From NCBI GenBank assembly GCA_951406725.2, contig OX597821.1, positions 93,620,001 to 93,684,000 of the forward strand: DNA of 64,000 nucleotides, given 5' to 3'. A program made the translations under genes and the position numbers. The notes under the pieces were generated by a model. It made no database searches, was not told where the DNA came from, and worked only from the letters and a program-made list of their open reading frames with translations. Positions 11,771 through 24,070 of the stretch are shown here, in pieces. Position 1 is the first letter of the stretch. The number at the start of each line of letters is the position of its first letter. The stretch is from Octopus vulgaris (Eukaryota).

Positions 11771-12210
11771 AGTTATCTCCCTTTCTCTGCCACAAGTATT
11801 TAAACACAGTTGGAATTTGTTTATGAAGGTTGTTCCTTTGTCAAAGTAATGCTGCTGAGTTGTGCAATCACTAAATTGATATAAAAAGGGGAATCAGAAA
11901 ATTTGGTTGTTTATTAAAACCAAACTTAATAATATTGTAACAGGTGACAGATAACAGGGTTTTATTTCATAACTTAGAGATGATTATCATCATCATGTTA
12001 ATGTTTCCTTTCCTCTACTTACAAGGACCAGATTGAGTTTATAAGGGCAGATTTTCTATGGCAGGATGCCTTTCTTGTGCCATCTCTTAGTTCTTTCCAA
12101 TGGATAGAAGGGTAATATTTTCCTATGGTGAGACACATTTTTGTAAAATATTGGAAATGAATGATGATTATTTACAAAAATCACATGATGTCAAGACAGG
12201 AGATAAACAT

Positions 12211-12246
<36 letters not shown>

Positions 12247-12310
12247 ACACACATAAACATACACATATAAAAAATATATACATATATCTATCTATATTTA
12301 TATATATACA

Positions 12311-12373
<63 letters not shown>

Positions 12374-12585
12374 GTATATATATGTATATAATCCAAATAA
12401 GACAGAGAAATATTTTAACACATCTTTAACAACCAGTTACAAATGTTTCTGTACCAACTTTGCTTGCAACGCCAGTTTAAACAATATTCAACAGTGTTGA
12501 TATCCCAGAACTCGGGTGAGCGCTTCTCTGGAAATACCCTACCTTTATACCCTACAAGGCCTTATATATACACACACACACACAC

Positions 12586-12747
12586 AGAACAGGTTTCTTC
12601 CAGTTTCTATCTATCTAATCAATTCTCAAGGCTTTGGTCTCCCTGGGGCTACAGTAGAAGACACTTGTCCAAAATGTCATGCAGTGGGAATGAACCTGGA
12701 ACCATGCAGTTAGGAGGCAAACTTCTTAACCATTACAGCCACACCTA
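12586..12747 (-). mobile_element. SINE family B, 5' half, diverged
   Basis: Similar to the family B head (GGGCTA.AGTAGAAGACACTTG.CCAA). Confidence 0.75.
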
Positions 12748-13394
12748 CATACACCCTCACCACACCTGTATCATTAAACTCAAAACTTTAAAGCATTCAG
12801 CTTTGTGGTCTTCTATTTCTGTTAACCCATCACCTTTTCATTTCTTTAATAATATTAGTCTAGCACTAACAATAGCTCACCATAACAGCCATTGTCATCC
12901 TCATCACAAGCACCATCACCATTGCTAGACATGACAAGGTATCCATCGTCATAGCAAACCAGACTGAATCATAATAAATCCAGTGTTGCTAGTACAAATA
13001 GTAGCCTAAAATGTTTTGACAGTTATCTCTCCCTGATGACTAAAGCTGCAAATAACAATAATAACATGATTAGCACCAATGTCTTTCTCAATCTTAAACA
13101 CAACATTATAACCAACACTTCACATATGCAGACATCATGTGATGGAAATTTGTTGGTGGGTTAAAGGACACTAAAGGGATACAACACCCACCTTGGATAA
13201 TTCTGTCAGTTAAATAGCATTCTTATGTAATTTACATTCAGGAAATTAAAAAGTTTTCTTTAAATTAAATTTCAAATCCTTAAGCATAAAGATATTTGAA
13301 AATAAATAGATTTTAGAATAAAGTTATTTTAATATTAAAGAAGACATTTTGAATTAAGATATTTTAAAATAATGATATTTAAATTTAAGACATT

Positions 13395-14067
13395 TTAGCC
13401 CATTTGTATTTAAGCTAGCCATACCTGGCCCAAATATTCTGCCTGTTTTATGTTTAAACCAACCAGATACAGCCCCTCACATGTACCCTATTATGTCATT
13501 CTAAAATTAAGCAATAGCATCTCTTTACTCTCTTTTACTATTTTACTTGTTTCAGTCATTTGACTGCGGCCATGCTGGAGCACCGCCTTTAGTCGAGCAA
13601 ATCGACCCCGGGACTTATTCTTTTGTAAGCCCAGTACTTATTCTATCGGTCTCTTTTGCCGAACCACTAAGTGACGGGGACGTAAACACACCAACATCGG
13701 TTGTCAAGCAATGCTAGGGGGACAAACACACACACACACAAACACATATATACATATATATATACATATATACGACAGGCTTCTTTCAGTTTCTGTCTAC
13801 CAAATCCACTCACAAGGCATTGGTCGGCCCGGGGCTATAGCAGAAGACACTTGCCCAAGATGCCACGCAGTGGGACTGGAGCTGGAACCATGTGGTTGGT
13901 TAGCAAGCTACTTACCACACAGCCACTCCTGCACCTTGAAACTTGAAACTACAGGATAATAAATGATTAATCCAGGATAAACTACAGGATAATAAAAGAT
14001 TAATCCAAAACATGGTGTCTAAATAAGCATTACATTTGACAGAATAATCTGAATGCTAAACGGTTAA
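13395..14067 (-). mobile_element. TTAA MITE (same family as 11461) split by a SINE B
   Basis: Ends ...TCTGAATGCTAAACGGTTAA; both halves match 11461-11688 in reverse. Confidence 0.78.
13523..13933 (-). mobile_element. tRNA-derived SINE family B, full length
   Basis: Head GCAGGAGTGGCTGTGTGGTAAG, internal TA/TG microsatellite, GTAAAAGA-repeat tail. Confidence 0.93.
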
Positions 14068-14348
14068 ATTAAGATATTTTGAAAATATTTTGTTCTGCCA
14101 ACGGAAATAGCAAAAATACAGAATAATGGTTCGGATTTAGGGATTGGGCCAGCAATTTTGGTGGGGGAATGGGGTGATTAGTCAATATCATCGATCTCAG
14201 TACTTGATTGGCACTTTATTTTATCAGCTTCAGAATGATAAAAGTTAAAGTTGACCTTCGCAGGTATTGAACTCGGAATATATACCTCAAAGAATTTAGT
14301 CTGACATTCTAGCATTTCTACCAACTCACCACCCTACTATAGTACTTG

Positions 14349-14584
14349 AAGGTACGAGAGCTGGTAGAAATGTTAGCACATCGGGCGAAATACTTAGCGG
14401 TATTTCGTCTGCCGTTACGTTGTGAGTTCAAATTCCGCCGAGGTCGACTTTACCTTTCATCCTTTCGGGATGGATAAATAAAGTACCAGTTACGCACTGG
14501 GGTCGATATAATTGACTTAATCCCTTTGTATGTCCTTGTTTGTCCCTTCTATGTTTAGCCCCTTGTGGGTAATAAAGAAATAGG
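14349..14584 (+). mobile_element. SINE family C, full length
   Basis: Matches 56941-57172 and 20280; B-box GAGTTCAAATTCC. Confidence 0.9.
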
Positions 14585-14744
14585 AACATATTAAATCCTG
14601 TGTTCAGTCAGAATTGGAGTTTACGATATAGATTCAAACTGGGTTAAGCTAGGATATGCCAAGTATGTTGAACCCATGAATCTCATCTGAAATGTCCATT
14701 TGCCTACCTCAGCATTACATTTGCAGATGTTTATCCTTATATTA

Positions 14745-15020
14745 ACAGGGGAGCCCCAACACGGTCACTCAGTCAGCTAGAAATAACAGTCAAATCTCTT
14801 TCAAACATATCCTAACATCATAAAAATGAAATAAAATAAAAAGAACACACAGGATAATGTGATCCTAGACACACTAAGTCTGAAAAGAAGGATGAGACAA
14901 GGTGGTCTCACGGCTGAATAACTTTGACTGTGTGTCTGCTTGCTGGATTAGAACTGACTTTGAGCTAAACAACACCAAGAACAACAACAAAAACAACAAC
15001 AACAACAACAACAACAACAC
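14745..15020 (+). mobile_element. Old dispersed repeat ending GCTAAA(CAA)n (related copies at ~16575-16720 and ~18695-18920)
   Basis: Shared GGTCACT..GCTAGAAATA.CAGTCAAA segment and (CAA)n tail, typical of a SINE or LINE 3' end. Confidence 0.55.
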
Positions 15021-15399
15021 TCCTACAACCACCATCGCTTCCAACACCACCACTAAAACCATCGTCCTCTGTTTTATACATTGCCTCAGGTTGGCCTTAG
15101 AAATAGCAGCAAGTTACACAGGAAATTAATTAATTGAGTCTGAGGTAACATGTTTCTGAATTATTCTATTTTAGTCTCGTGTTATTTTCAGTTTGTACAT
15201 GTAACAATATGTACGGCTTTGTGCATGAGTATGCACATTTTCAGACGTGTATGCGTATTTGTGTATTTCTATGTATTTGTTAGAAAGAACATGTTTTAGG
15301 TATGTGTTGTGTCTGTGTTTATGTGTAGTTCTGTACATGTGTGCCACATCTGAAGTTCATATGATTTTCTATAAAAATGCATATATCTGTACATGTGAT

Positions 15400-16375
15400 T
15401 GTGTGTGTGTGTGTGTGTGTGTAATTGTGTGTGTTTATGTGTGTGTAATTGTGTGTGTTTGTGTGTGTGTATGTCCATGTGTGTTTGTGTGAGTGAATGT
15501 GAGTTAGTACAAGTGTGTATGTGTGTCCTGTGTGTGTGTGTATGTGTGTGTGTGTGTGTGTAATTGTGTGTGTTTGTGTGTGTGTGTATGTCCATGTGTG
15601 TTTGTGTGAGTGAATGTGAGTTAGTGCAAGTGTGTATGTGTGTGTGTGTGCACATGCATGTTTGTTTGTGTGTTTCTGTGAGTGAATGTGAGTACAAGTG
15701 TGTGTGTGTGTGTGAGTATGTGTGCCTCTGTGTGTGCGTATGTGCATTTGTGTGTGTGCACGTGCATGTGTGTTTGTGTGTTTGTGTGAGTGTGTGTGTG
15801 TCTGTGCGTGTGTATGTGTGTATGTGCACGCAAATGTGAGTTTGTCTGTTTGTGTGAGTGAATATGAATTAGTACAAGTGTGTGTGTGTGTGTCTGTGTA
15901 CTTGTGTGTGTTTGTGTGTGTCTCCATGTGTGTTTGTGTGAGTGAATGTTAGTACAAGTGTGTGAGTGTGTATTGTGTTTGTGTGTGTGTGTGTGTGTCC
16001 GTGTGTGTTTGTGGGAGTGAATGCAAGTTAATACAAGTGTGTGTGTGAGTGCATGTTTGTGGTTGTGTGTTTGTGTGTGTGTGTTTGTGTGTGTATGTGT
16101 ATGTTTGTGTGTGTTTGTGTGAGTGTGAGTTAGTACAAGTGTATGTGAGTATGTTTGCATGTGTGTGTGCGTGTGCATGTGCGATTGTGTGCATTTGTGT
16201 GTGGTGTGTGTGTATGTATTTGTGTGTGTTTGTGTGAGTAAATGTGAGTTACTACAAGTGTGTGTGCATGTGTATGTGTGTGTGAATGAATGTCAGTACA
16301 AGTGTGTGCGTGTGTATGTGAGTGCGAATGTGTGTGTGTATGTGAGTGCGAATGTATGTGTGTATGTGTGAGTGT
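15400..16375. repeat. TG-rich minisatellite with recurrent GTGAGTGAATGTGAGTTAGTACAAG motif
   Basis: About 9 motif copies separated by variable TG runs. Confidence 0.85.
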
Positions 16376-17994
16376 TTGATCATGTTTATGTATTTGGTTG
16401 TGTTTATGTGCATTTATTGAGAGTCCATGAGTGTGTGTGTATGTTTGAGCATGTGTCTGTGATTGAAATTACATGTACGTATCAGTATTTGTGTGTTTGA
16501 AACCAGATCTGGTTATGTACAAAATGATTGACCACCACTGCCATCTTCATATATACAAGCACACATAAGCCAATGAAGGGGGCTTCTATTCAGTCACTTG
16601 ACCTGCTAGAAATAGCAGTCAAAGATCCCTCATACCACTCACTACAGCATGGAACGTAGACATTAAACAATGAAGATGGTGATGGCAGTGTTTATTAGAG
16701 AAGGATATACTGGACAATGTAATTCCAATAGACCAAAAGACAGAGAAGTGATATCTGGAATATCATTGGTCATAGATTATGTTTTCTTTATCACTACTAC
16801 GGCAGGTAATGTCTCAATGAACTTATTAATCGGTGGTACTTCACATTTTATGGCATGACTACATGGCCAAATATGAGCTTTTTGGACACATTCTACCCAT
16901 CTGAATTTATTTTTTGTTACTCAACACAGAGTAGGCTTTGCTTTGCTAGCCACAGCTTTCATACTGAGTAACAGGCCATATTGGACGTCATATTTTGTAA
17001 GCTTCTGCACCTTAATAGAGAATGTAAACCACTCAGCAGTAGTCATATTATTAGGCAGGCAGTGAGCTGACAGAATCGTGAGTATGCCAGGCAAAATTCT
17101 TAGTGGTATTTTGCCCATCTCTATATTCTGAGTTCAAATTCTGCTGAGGTCAACTTTGCCTTTCATCTTTTCGGGGTCAATAGAATAAGTACCTGTTGAG
17201 CACTGGGGTCTATGTAATCCCTAACTTGCAAGCATTGTGCCAAAATTTGAAAGTAGTATTGATGTTATTAATGGAGACAGAGAATTTTTTTTTCAAAAAG
17301 CTGAGAAAATGTCAAGAGTGCCAAACTGCACTTATAGCCATTATGCAGGTCTTCCTAAAAACACCTGTAGATGAGTTCAGGCTATTTGTATCAGGTTGAA
17401 TGACAGCATTGAGGCCCAAATGTATTTCATATATTAGGTCATGTGAGGTGGGTGAGGTGGAGTCTGGTAAATAAGCATGTTCCAACCATGCCCTTCACCG
17501 CCTGTTGAGTAAAGTCAAGACTTAAAATTTTAGACGGTGAAAGACAAAGGCAAAATGTAAATAGTATTCTTGAGGCAGGAATAGCCCTAAAATGGAAGAC
17601 ATGACTGGTTATCAAAATTACAACCAAAGACTTATATTTATTGCCACACCACCCTCCCTCCAGCCACACACACACACACCGAGTATCGAATCTGAGAGGA
17701 CAAACCAAAGTTTACAAGGGACAGAGATTTCTGTTGTAACTGCTCAAAGAATTTAGTTTCCATCATCACATAAACTATTCTCAACATCTGCTGTTTCTGT
17801 CCCCTGCCTCTTCTTCATACCTCTTCTCACTGCAGTACTCAGACCTTAGTTGTGACACCTACACATATACAATTTCACATCACTATCCCTGACATTACTC
17901 AGATCACATAATTGTCACACCTGTTCATGTACAATATTGCACACCTGGTAAATGGTTCTGTCATCACCTCATTATCAAGAATAGCAAAGTCTGT

Positions 17995-18036
17995 ACTTTG
18001 CTGAGGAGGTCTTATAAGATTGAAACATGACTAGAG
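17995..18036 (+). ncRNA. Degenerate hammerhead ribozyme motif
   Basis: CTTTG-CTGAGGA-GGTCT TATA AGATT-GAAA-CATGAC-TAGAG; one core position (U16.1) appears mutated. Confidence 0.5.
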
Positions 18037-18951
18037 TTCGTCACTAATATCTTTCCTTCCCCACATAAATATTCTTGATTAGAACTTTAATGCTCTCTAC
18101 GCTAATTGCTAACAATTTAACTGTTGTTTTTTGTCTTTTTTCATGCAGAAGTGTCCCTGAGTAATTAACCTCAGTTTTTTTTACATTTTTAAATATGATA
18201 GTTTTTTGTATCTACTTGTGTACAATATTGTACTCTTACTTAGATATTGCCTTAACTCTGACTGACCAAATGCAGTAAACTCTGTGCTTCACATTTAATA
18301 TTTACACACAGCATGGCCGCGGCCTTCGGGCTAAAACATTTTAAAGGATTTTAAGGATTTAAGTACTTAATTCTTACTCAACAAAATTGTATCTGTCTTC
18401 CCATTAACATAACTCCAATGTTCATTTTCCTCTTGTTTCTTTGATTATGTAAACGATAACTGCTAAGATCTCAGCTTCACACAATTTAACAGCATCGTTT
18501 TTTTCTCATGCATTGTGCCATTTCATATCTGGATTCTGTCTTAAATGTGCTGTCTTTATCTTGAATTTCATACTATCTGAACACTTTACTCTATCCGAAA
18601 ACTTTCCTTACTCTATCTTTTTCTATCCACAAATTGAAATTGTTCAGCAAAGAAGCTTACAGCACTGCAGCTCATATGATCAAGTGCTATTTAATTGAGT
18701 TAAAGAGGTCGTTCAACTTGTAAGAAATAGAATTAAACCACACAGAAATCACACTATATTTCCTTGAAAACGAAAGAATACATAAGATAACTTAAACATA
18801 GATACATTACTAAACCTGAAAATATCCTTTAGAGAATATAAAAATGAGATGGTCACAGCTGGTATGTTTTGTGTGTTGATACATTGCATCAAGACTGGAT
18901 TATAGGCTAAATAACAACTACTGATACAATATAAAATATACAACCACAAAC

Positions 18952-19117
18952 AGGCGCAGGAGTGGCTGTGTGGTAAGTAGCCTGCTTACCAACCACATGG
19001 TTCCGGGTTCAATCCCACTGCGTGGCGTCTTGGGCAAGTGTCTTCTACTATAGCCTCGGGCCGACCAAAGCCTTGTGAGTGGATTTGGTAGACGGAAACT
19101 GAAAGAAGCCCGTCGTA

Positions 19118-19163
<46 letters not shown>

Positions 19164-19377
19164 TGTGTGTGTTTGTCCCCCTAGCATTGCTTGACAACCA
19201 ATGCTGGTGTGTTTATGTCCCCGTTACTTAGCAGTTTGGCAAAAGAGACCGATAGAATAAGTGCTGGGCTTACAAAAGAATAACTTCCGGGGTCGAGTTG
19301 CTCGATTAAAGGCGGTGCTCCAGCATGGCCGCAGTCAAATGACTGAAACAAGTAAAAGAGTAAAAGAGTAAAGAGTA
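18952..19377 (+). mobile_element. SINE family B, full length
   Basis: GGCGCAGGAGTGGCTGTGTGG head with B-box GGTTCAATCCC, GTAAAAGA tail. Confidence 0.93.
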
Positions 19378-19720
19378 ATTCTGGATCATAGTTTATCAAG
19401 AGTATTTGGACAAGGGATTATTTATAAAGGAAGTTGTCTTCCTTTATAAGTAACCACCAGCTCACATTCTCTAGACAAACTATGATTCTGAATAATTTAT
19501 GGTTGTACATTTCTTGGATAAAAGAAACTTCAAAACATTAAGGGTTGTGTTTCTTGAAAAAGTTTGCTTTATGTCTTCTCATGTATATCCATAACTGCCG
19601 TGGAAATAACACATGTGGAAACTATCTAATTATTCTGAATGACCCTCAGAGAGCAAGACAAAGAGGACCTCAGCTTCATATACATCGGTTTCCATCTTCA
19701 AGACATGATATTGCAGTTCA

Positions 19721-19778
19721 TTAACCCTTTTGTTACTATATTTCTTTTGAGATGCTCTGTGTTTCTTTCAGTTACTTT

Positions 19779-19814
<36 letters not shown>

Positions 19815-20207
19815 CCGTTTAACGTCCGTTTTCTGCGCTAGCACAGGTTGGACGGTTCGACCGGGGTCTGGGAAGCCAGGGCTGCACCAGGCTCCAGTCT
19901 GATCTGCCAGTGTTTCTACAGCTGGATGCCCTTCTTAACACCAACCTCTCCGCGAGTGTAGTGGGTGCTTTTTATGAGCCACCTGCACAGGTGCCAGGGG
20001 GGGTCTGGCATCGGCCACGGTCGGTTGGTGCTTTTAACGTGCCACAAAGAATTTAGTAACATAACTTAGTTATCATTAAGCTAGTGTTAGGACCATAAAT
20101 TGTGACCAAGGTTTGGTGGAAATTTTAATTCAGAACTTATGAAAACAAGACATTTGTACTACAGATCCAGAGGTGGTTTCAGTCAGGCTGGTAACAAAAA
20201 AGGTTAA
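19721..20207. mobile_element. Second TTAA MITE family, interrupted by a family D copy
   Basis: TTAA-CCCTTTTGTTAC ... GTAACAAAAAAGG-TTAA. Confidence 0.8.
19782..20045 (-). mobile_element. Family D copy
   Basis: (CAT)n then CGTTTAACGTCCG.. reverse of the 61950-62255 copy. Confidence 0.85.
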
Positions 20208-20279
20208 AGTAGAAAATCCCTTTGCATGACTTATTACGACTACATCATCCAGGAGAAGTGGATATACTGCCCAAACAGT

Positions 20280-20894
20280 AAGGCGGCGAGCTGCCAGAAC
20301 CGGTAACACGCCGGGCGAACTGCGCAGCCGTATTTCGTCTGCCGTTACGTTCTGAGTTCGAATTCCGCCAAGGTCGACTTTGTCTTTCATCCTTTCGGGG
20401 TCGATAAATTAAGTACCAGTCGATATAATCGACTTAATCCGTTTGTCTGTCCTTGTTTGTCCCCTCTATGTTTAATCCCTTGTGGTGGAAGCACTCCGTC
20501 GGTTACGACGATGAGGGTTCCGGTTGATCCGAATCAACGGAACAGCCTGCTCGTGAAATTAACGTGTAAGTGGCTGAGCACTCCACAGACACGTGTACCC
20601 TTAATGTAGTTCTCGGGGATATTCAGCGTGACACAGAGAGTGACAAGGCCGGCCCCTTGAAATACAGGTACACAGAAACAGGAAGTAAGAGTGAGAGAAA
20701 GTTGTGGTGAAAGAGTACAGCAGGGATCACCACCCCCTGCCGGAGCCTCGTGGAGCTTTTTGGTGTTTTCGCTCAATAAACACTCACAACGCCCGGTCTG
20801 GGAATCGAAACCGCGATCCTATGACCGCGAGTCCGTTGCCCTAACCACTGGGCCATTGCGCCTCCACTAACCCCTTGTAGGTAATAAAGAAACA
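20280..20894 (+). mobile_element. SINE family C with nested SINE A
   Basis: 18-bp TSD GATATACTGCCCAAACAG at 20261-20278 and 20895-20912. Confidence 0.92.
20486..20866 (-). mobile_element. SINE family A nested in SINE C
   Basis: TSD TAA(T/C)CCCTTGT at 20473-20483 and 20868-20878. Confidence 0.92.
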
Positions 20895-21830
20895 GATATA
20901 CTGCCCAAACAGAGAAAAGATTTTACGTATGATGATGGTCATCCACTTACATGTGATTTTTTAAAGAAAATATAGGTAAGTGAATGATTTTTGCACCTTT
21001 TGCTTAAGGGTTGTTTTGGGTTAGTGAATTTCATTTCCTTTAAGCTAAACAGCATGTGATAAACGTTCCACAATTAATTGTGCATCAACAAAACTGTGGC
21101 CATAAGTGCTATATCATCAGTAAAAAGCCTGACATGAATAAATTTTGCCCTGTTCAGTATATTTGTTTTGAGTTAGTGGCAATTAATCAATCCTCCATTA
21201 ATACAAGAAACAAGTCTGGCTGCCTTATCTAAGTCTCTGAAGTTGTAATCAAACACAATTGAGATATAAAGAGCAAAAAATACAGGATCTGAAATGTGTA
21301 TAGCTTTATATGACAGATTCTCTGTCAGCCTTAACGATGTGAATGGAGTTGGTTGAGTAACTGAATTCCTACTCAAGGAATTAATGAGGAAACAATTAAA
21401 TATTCCACAGACGCATGTACAGTTAATGAAATTAAGCTAGGTAGAATTCTGAGTAAAATAGGAAAACAAAGAGAAAGGGAGGGAGAGAGAGAGAGAGAGA
21501 CAGAGAAAATCAACCCCCACCGAAACTGGAATGGTATTTTACTTACAGACTTTGAAAGGATGAAAAAGTAAAGTTGACAGTTGCAGAATTTGAACTCACA
21601 AGGTAGAAAAGTCAAAATGAATACTGTAAGGTATTCGTTTCAATATTCTAATGGTTCTGTCAATCTGCTGCTTTTTTGTACTTGTATACATTTCTGAATG
21701 TGCTAGTGTGTGTGTACATGTGTCTGTAGAAGGTTAATTACAATTATGCATTTATATAAATTGTCCACTTCTATCTCTATTTCAGGATATGTAGGCATCT
21801 TCTAAATATCTTATGCATAAATCTGTGTTA

Positions 21831-21881
<51 letters not shown>

Positions 21882-22000
21882 AAAGTAAGCATATAAATAT
21901 GAAACAAGGTGGGGAAAAATAGTACTCAAATACAGGAGCTAGAGTAATGCACGTTATTATTATTAAAGCTGCAAAATCATCACAAAAATATCACAAAAAA

Positions 22001-22038
22001 TAGCTACTCAGAGTTTCACATTCCTGTTCATCAGACTG
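22001..22038 (-). ncRNA. Minimal type I hammerhead ribozyme motif in a Penelope-like fragment (~21880-22040)
   Basis: Minus strand CAGT-CTGATGA-ACA GGAA TGT-GAAA-CTCTGAG-TA-GCTA; same family as 10667-10704. Confidence 0.75.
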
Positions 22039-22100
22039 TATATAGATACATATATATATATATACATACATATATTTATCTATGTGTGTGTATAATGTGT

Positions 22101-22159
<59 letters not shown>

Positions 22160-22470
22160 TGTATGTATGCATGTATGCATGTATGTATGTATGTATGTAT
22201 GTATGTATGTATGTATGTATATACACACATGCATATACAGATAAATGTAGATATAGATGCATGTATGTATGTGTGCATGTGTGTGTCTGTGTGAGTGTGT
22301 GAGAGAGAAAGCGAGAGACTTTTAGATAGATAGAAAGATAGATAGATAGATAAATAGATAGACACATGCATACATACATACATGCATATACTCATACATA
22401 CATATGACATATATTCATACATACATATACTCATATAAGCATACATACACATACTCATACTTGCATACAT

Positions 22471-22513
<43 letters not shown>

Positions 22514-22521
22514 TACATATG

Positions 22522-22750
22522 TTTGTTTTTGTTTTTTGTTTTTTCCAGTTTCAGCTCTTGAGCTGTGGCCATGCTGGGGCACCGCCATTGTGGTGAAAGA
22601 GTACAGCAGGGATCACCACCCCCTGCCGGAGCCTCGTAGAGCTTTTAGGTGTTTTCGCTCAATAAACACACACAACGCCCGGTCTGAGAATCGAAACCGC
22701 GATCCTGCGACCGCAGTCCGCTGCCCTAACCACTAGGCCATTGCGCCTCT
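22522..22750 (-). mobile_element. Chimeric short SINE: family A head joined to a family B-like tail
   Basis: A head up to CTTTCACCACAA, then TGGCGGTGCCCCAGCATGGCCACAG..CTGAAAC and an A-rich tail. Confidence 0.8.
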
Positions 22751-23061
22751 ACATATGAGTATTTTGAAGTGCATGTGTCATCTTAATCTTTTTTTTTTTT
22801 AACACACATGTGACTGTGATTATATGGAAATGTGTGTATAGATTTCTATGTCATAGTAGGTGTATATGCAATCTACTCCACATACATAAAATATATCTGG
22901 CTCTGTGTGTGTGCTACCTTTTTATTACCAACCAATATTTGAGCGATTATCAAGACAAGCCACCTTAAGGCAGGAAATTAGTCATTAAACATAGAACTAT
23001 TCTTCGGTCTTTTGATCTTTCTACAATGTCACTGTGCCTTTTGTTCAAGGGGAAATCTTGG

Positions 23062-23180
23062 CTACATTTTGGCATCAGTTCTCTGCTTTTTCAAATCATT
23101 TTCGACGACTGAAATTATAGGTGTAATTTCCTCTTTGTGTTGTATGGTTGATAGTAAAATCTTTTGCTTTAAACCTCTAG
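23062..23180 (-). CDS. Weak candidate terminal coding exon of an unknown gene
   Basis: Acceptor CCTTCCTTGCAG, open frame (A)RGLKQKILLSTIQHKEEITPIISVVENDLKKQRTDAKM*; no partner exon or homology recognised. Confidence 0.2.
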
Positions 23181-23447
23181 CTGCAAGGAAGGGTTTTTAC
23201 TTATTGGTCTTATGGATGAAACCAGAAAACTATGGAATGAGAAAGCTGCCAAAAATGATTAAAGTGACTTCTTGAAATCCTTTATAGAGATGAAGATATA
23301 AAGCAAAGTGAGGGGTGTGTTGCTATGATGTTAAAATAAAAATCTAACATTAATATTGTTGCTCAGGTGAAGAGTTCTGTCTAACATGTTTCCTGTGCTC
23401 TCCACTAACTTGGACAGCTCTCCCTCTCTATCAACTCCTCTCTCTTC

Positions 23448-23449
<2 letters not shown>

Positions 23450-23499
<50 letters not shown>

Positions 23500-23611
23500 G
23501 GTATGAATGCATATATACATATATACATATACATATATAAGTATGAATGCTTATATATACACACACACACACACATATATATATATACACATATGTATAT
23601 ATCTATCTATC

Positions 23612-23655
<44 letters not shown>

Positions 23656-23707
23656 TATTTACACATATGTGCATATGTACATGTGTGTATGTGTGTGTAT
23701 ATATATT

Positions 23708-23739
<32 letters not shown>

Positions 23740-23770
23740 TATGTACATACATACATACATATATATATAT

Positions 23771-23814
<44 letters not shown>

Positions 23815-24070
23815 CATACATATATATATATATTATAAATATATATAGAGCATAGGTAGATAGATAGATAGATAGATAGATAGACAGATATAAATGTTAA
23901 AACATATATATATACATGCACACACACATAAATACATATGTGTGTGTGTATGTATATACATATATATATATACACATATATATACATATACACGTACATA
24001 CACATGTATGTATATATGTATGAATGTATGTACGTATGAACACACACACACACACATACACACATATATG
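23450..24070. repeat. Compound (CA)/(TA)/(GATA) microsatellite tract
   Basis: Direct reading. Confidence 0.95.

Noticed and set aside
15400-16375. CRISPR-like repeat-spacer array
   Set aside because: The spacers are TG microsatellite of variable length, not unique sequence.
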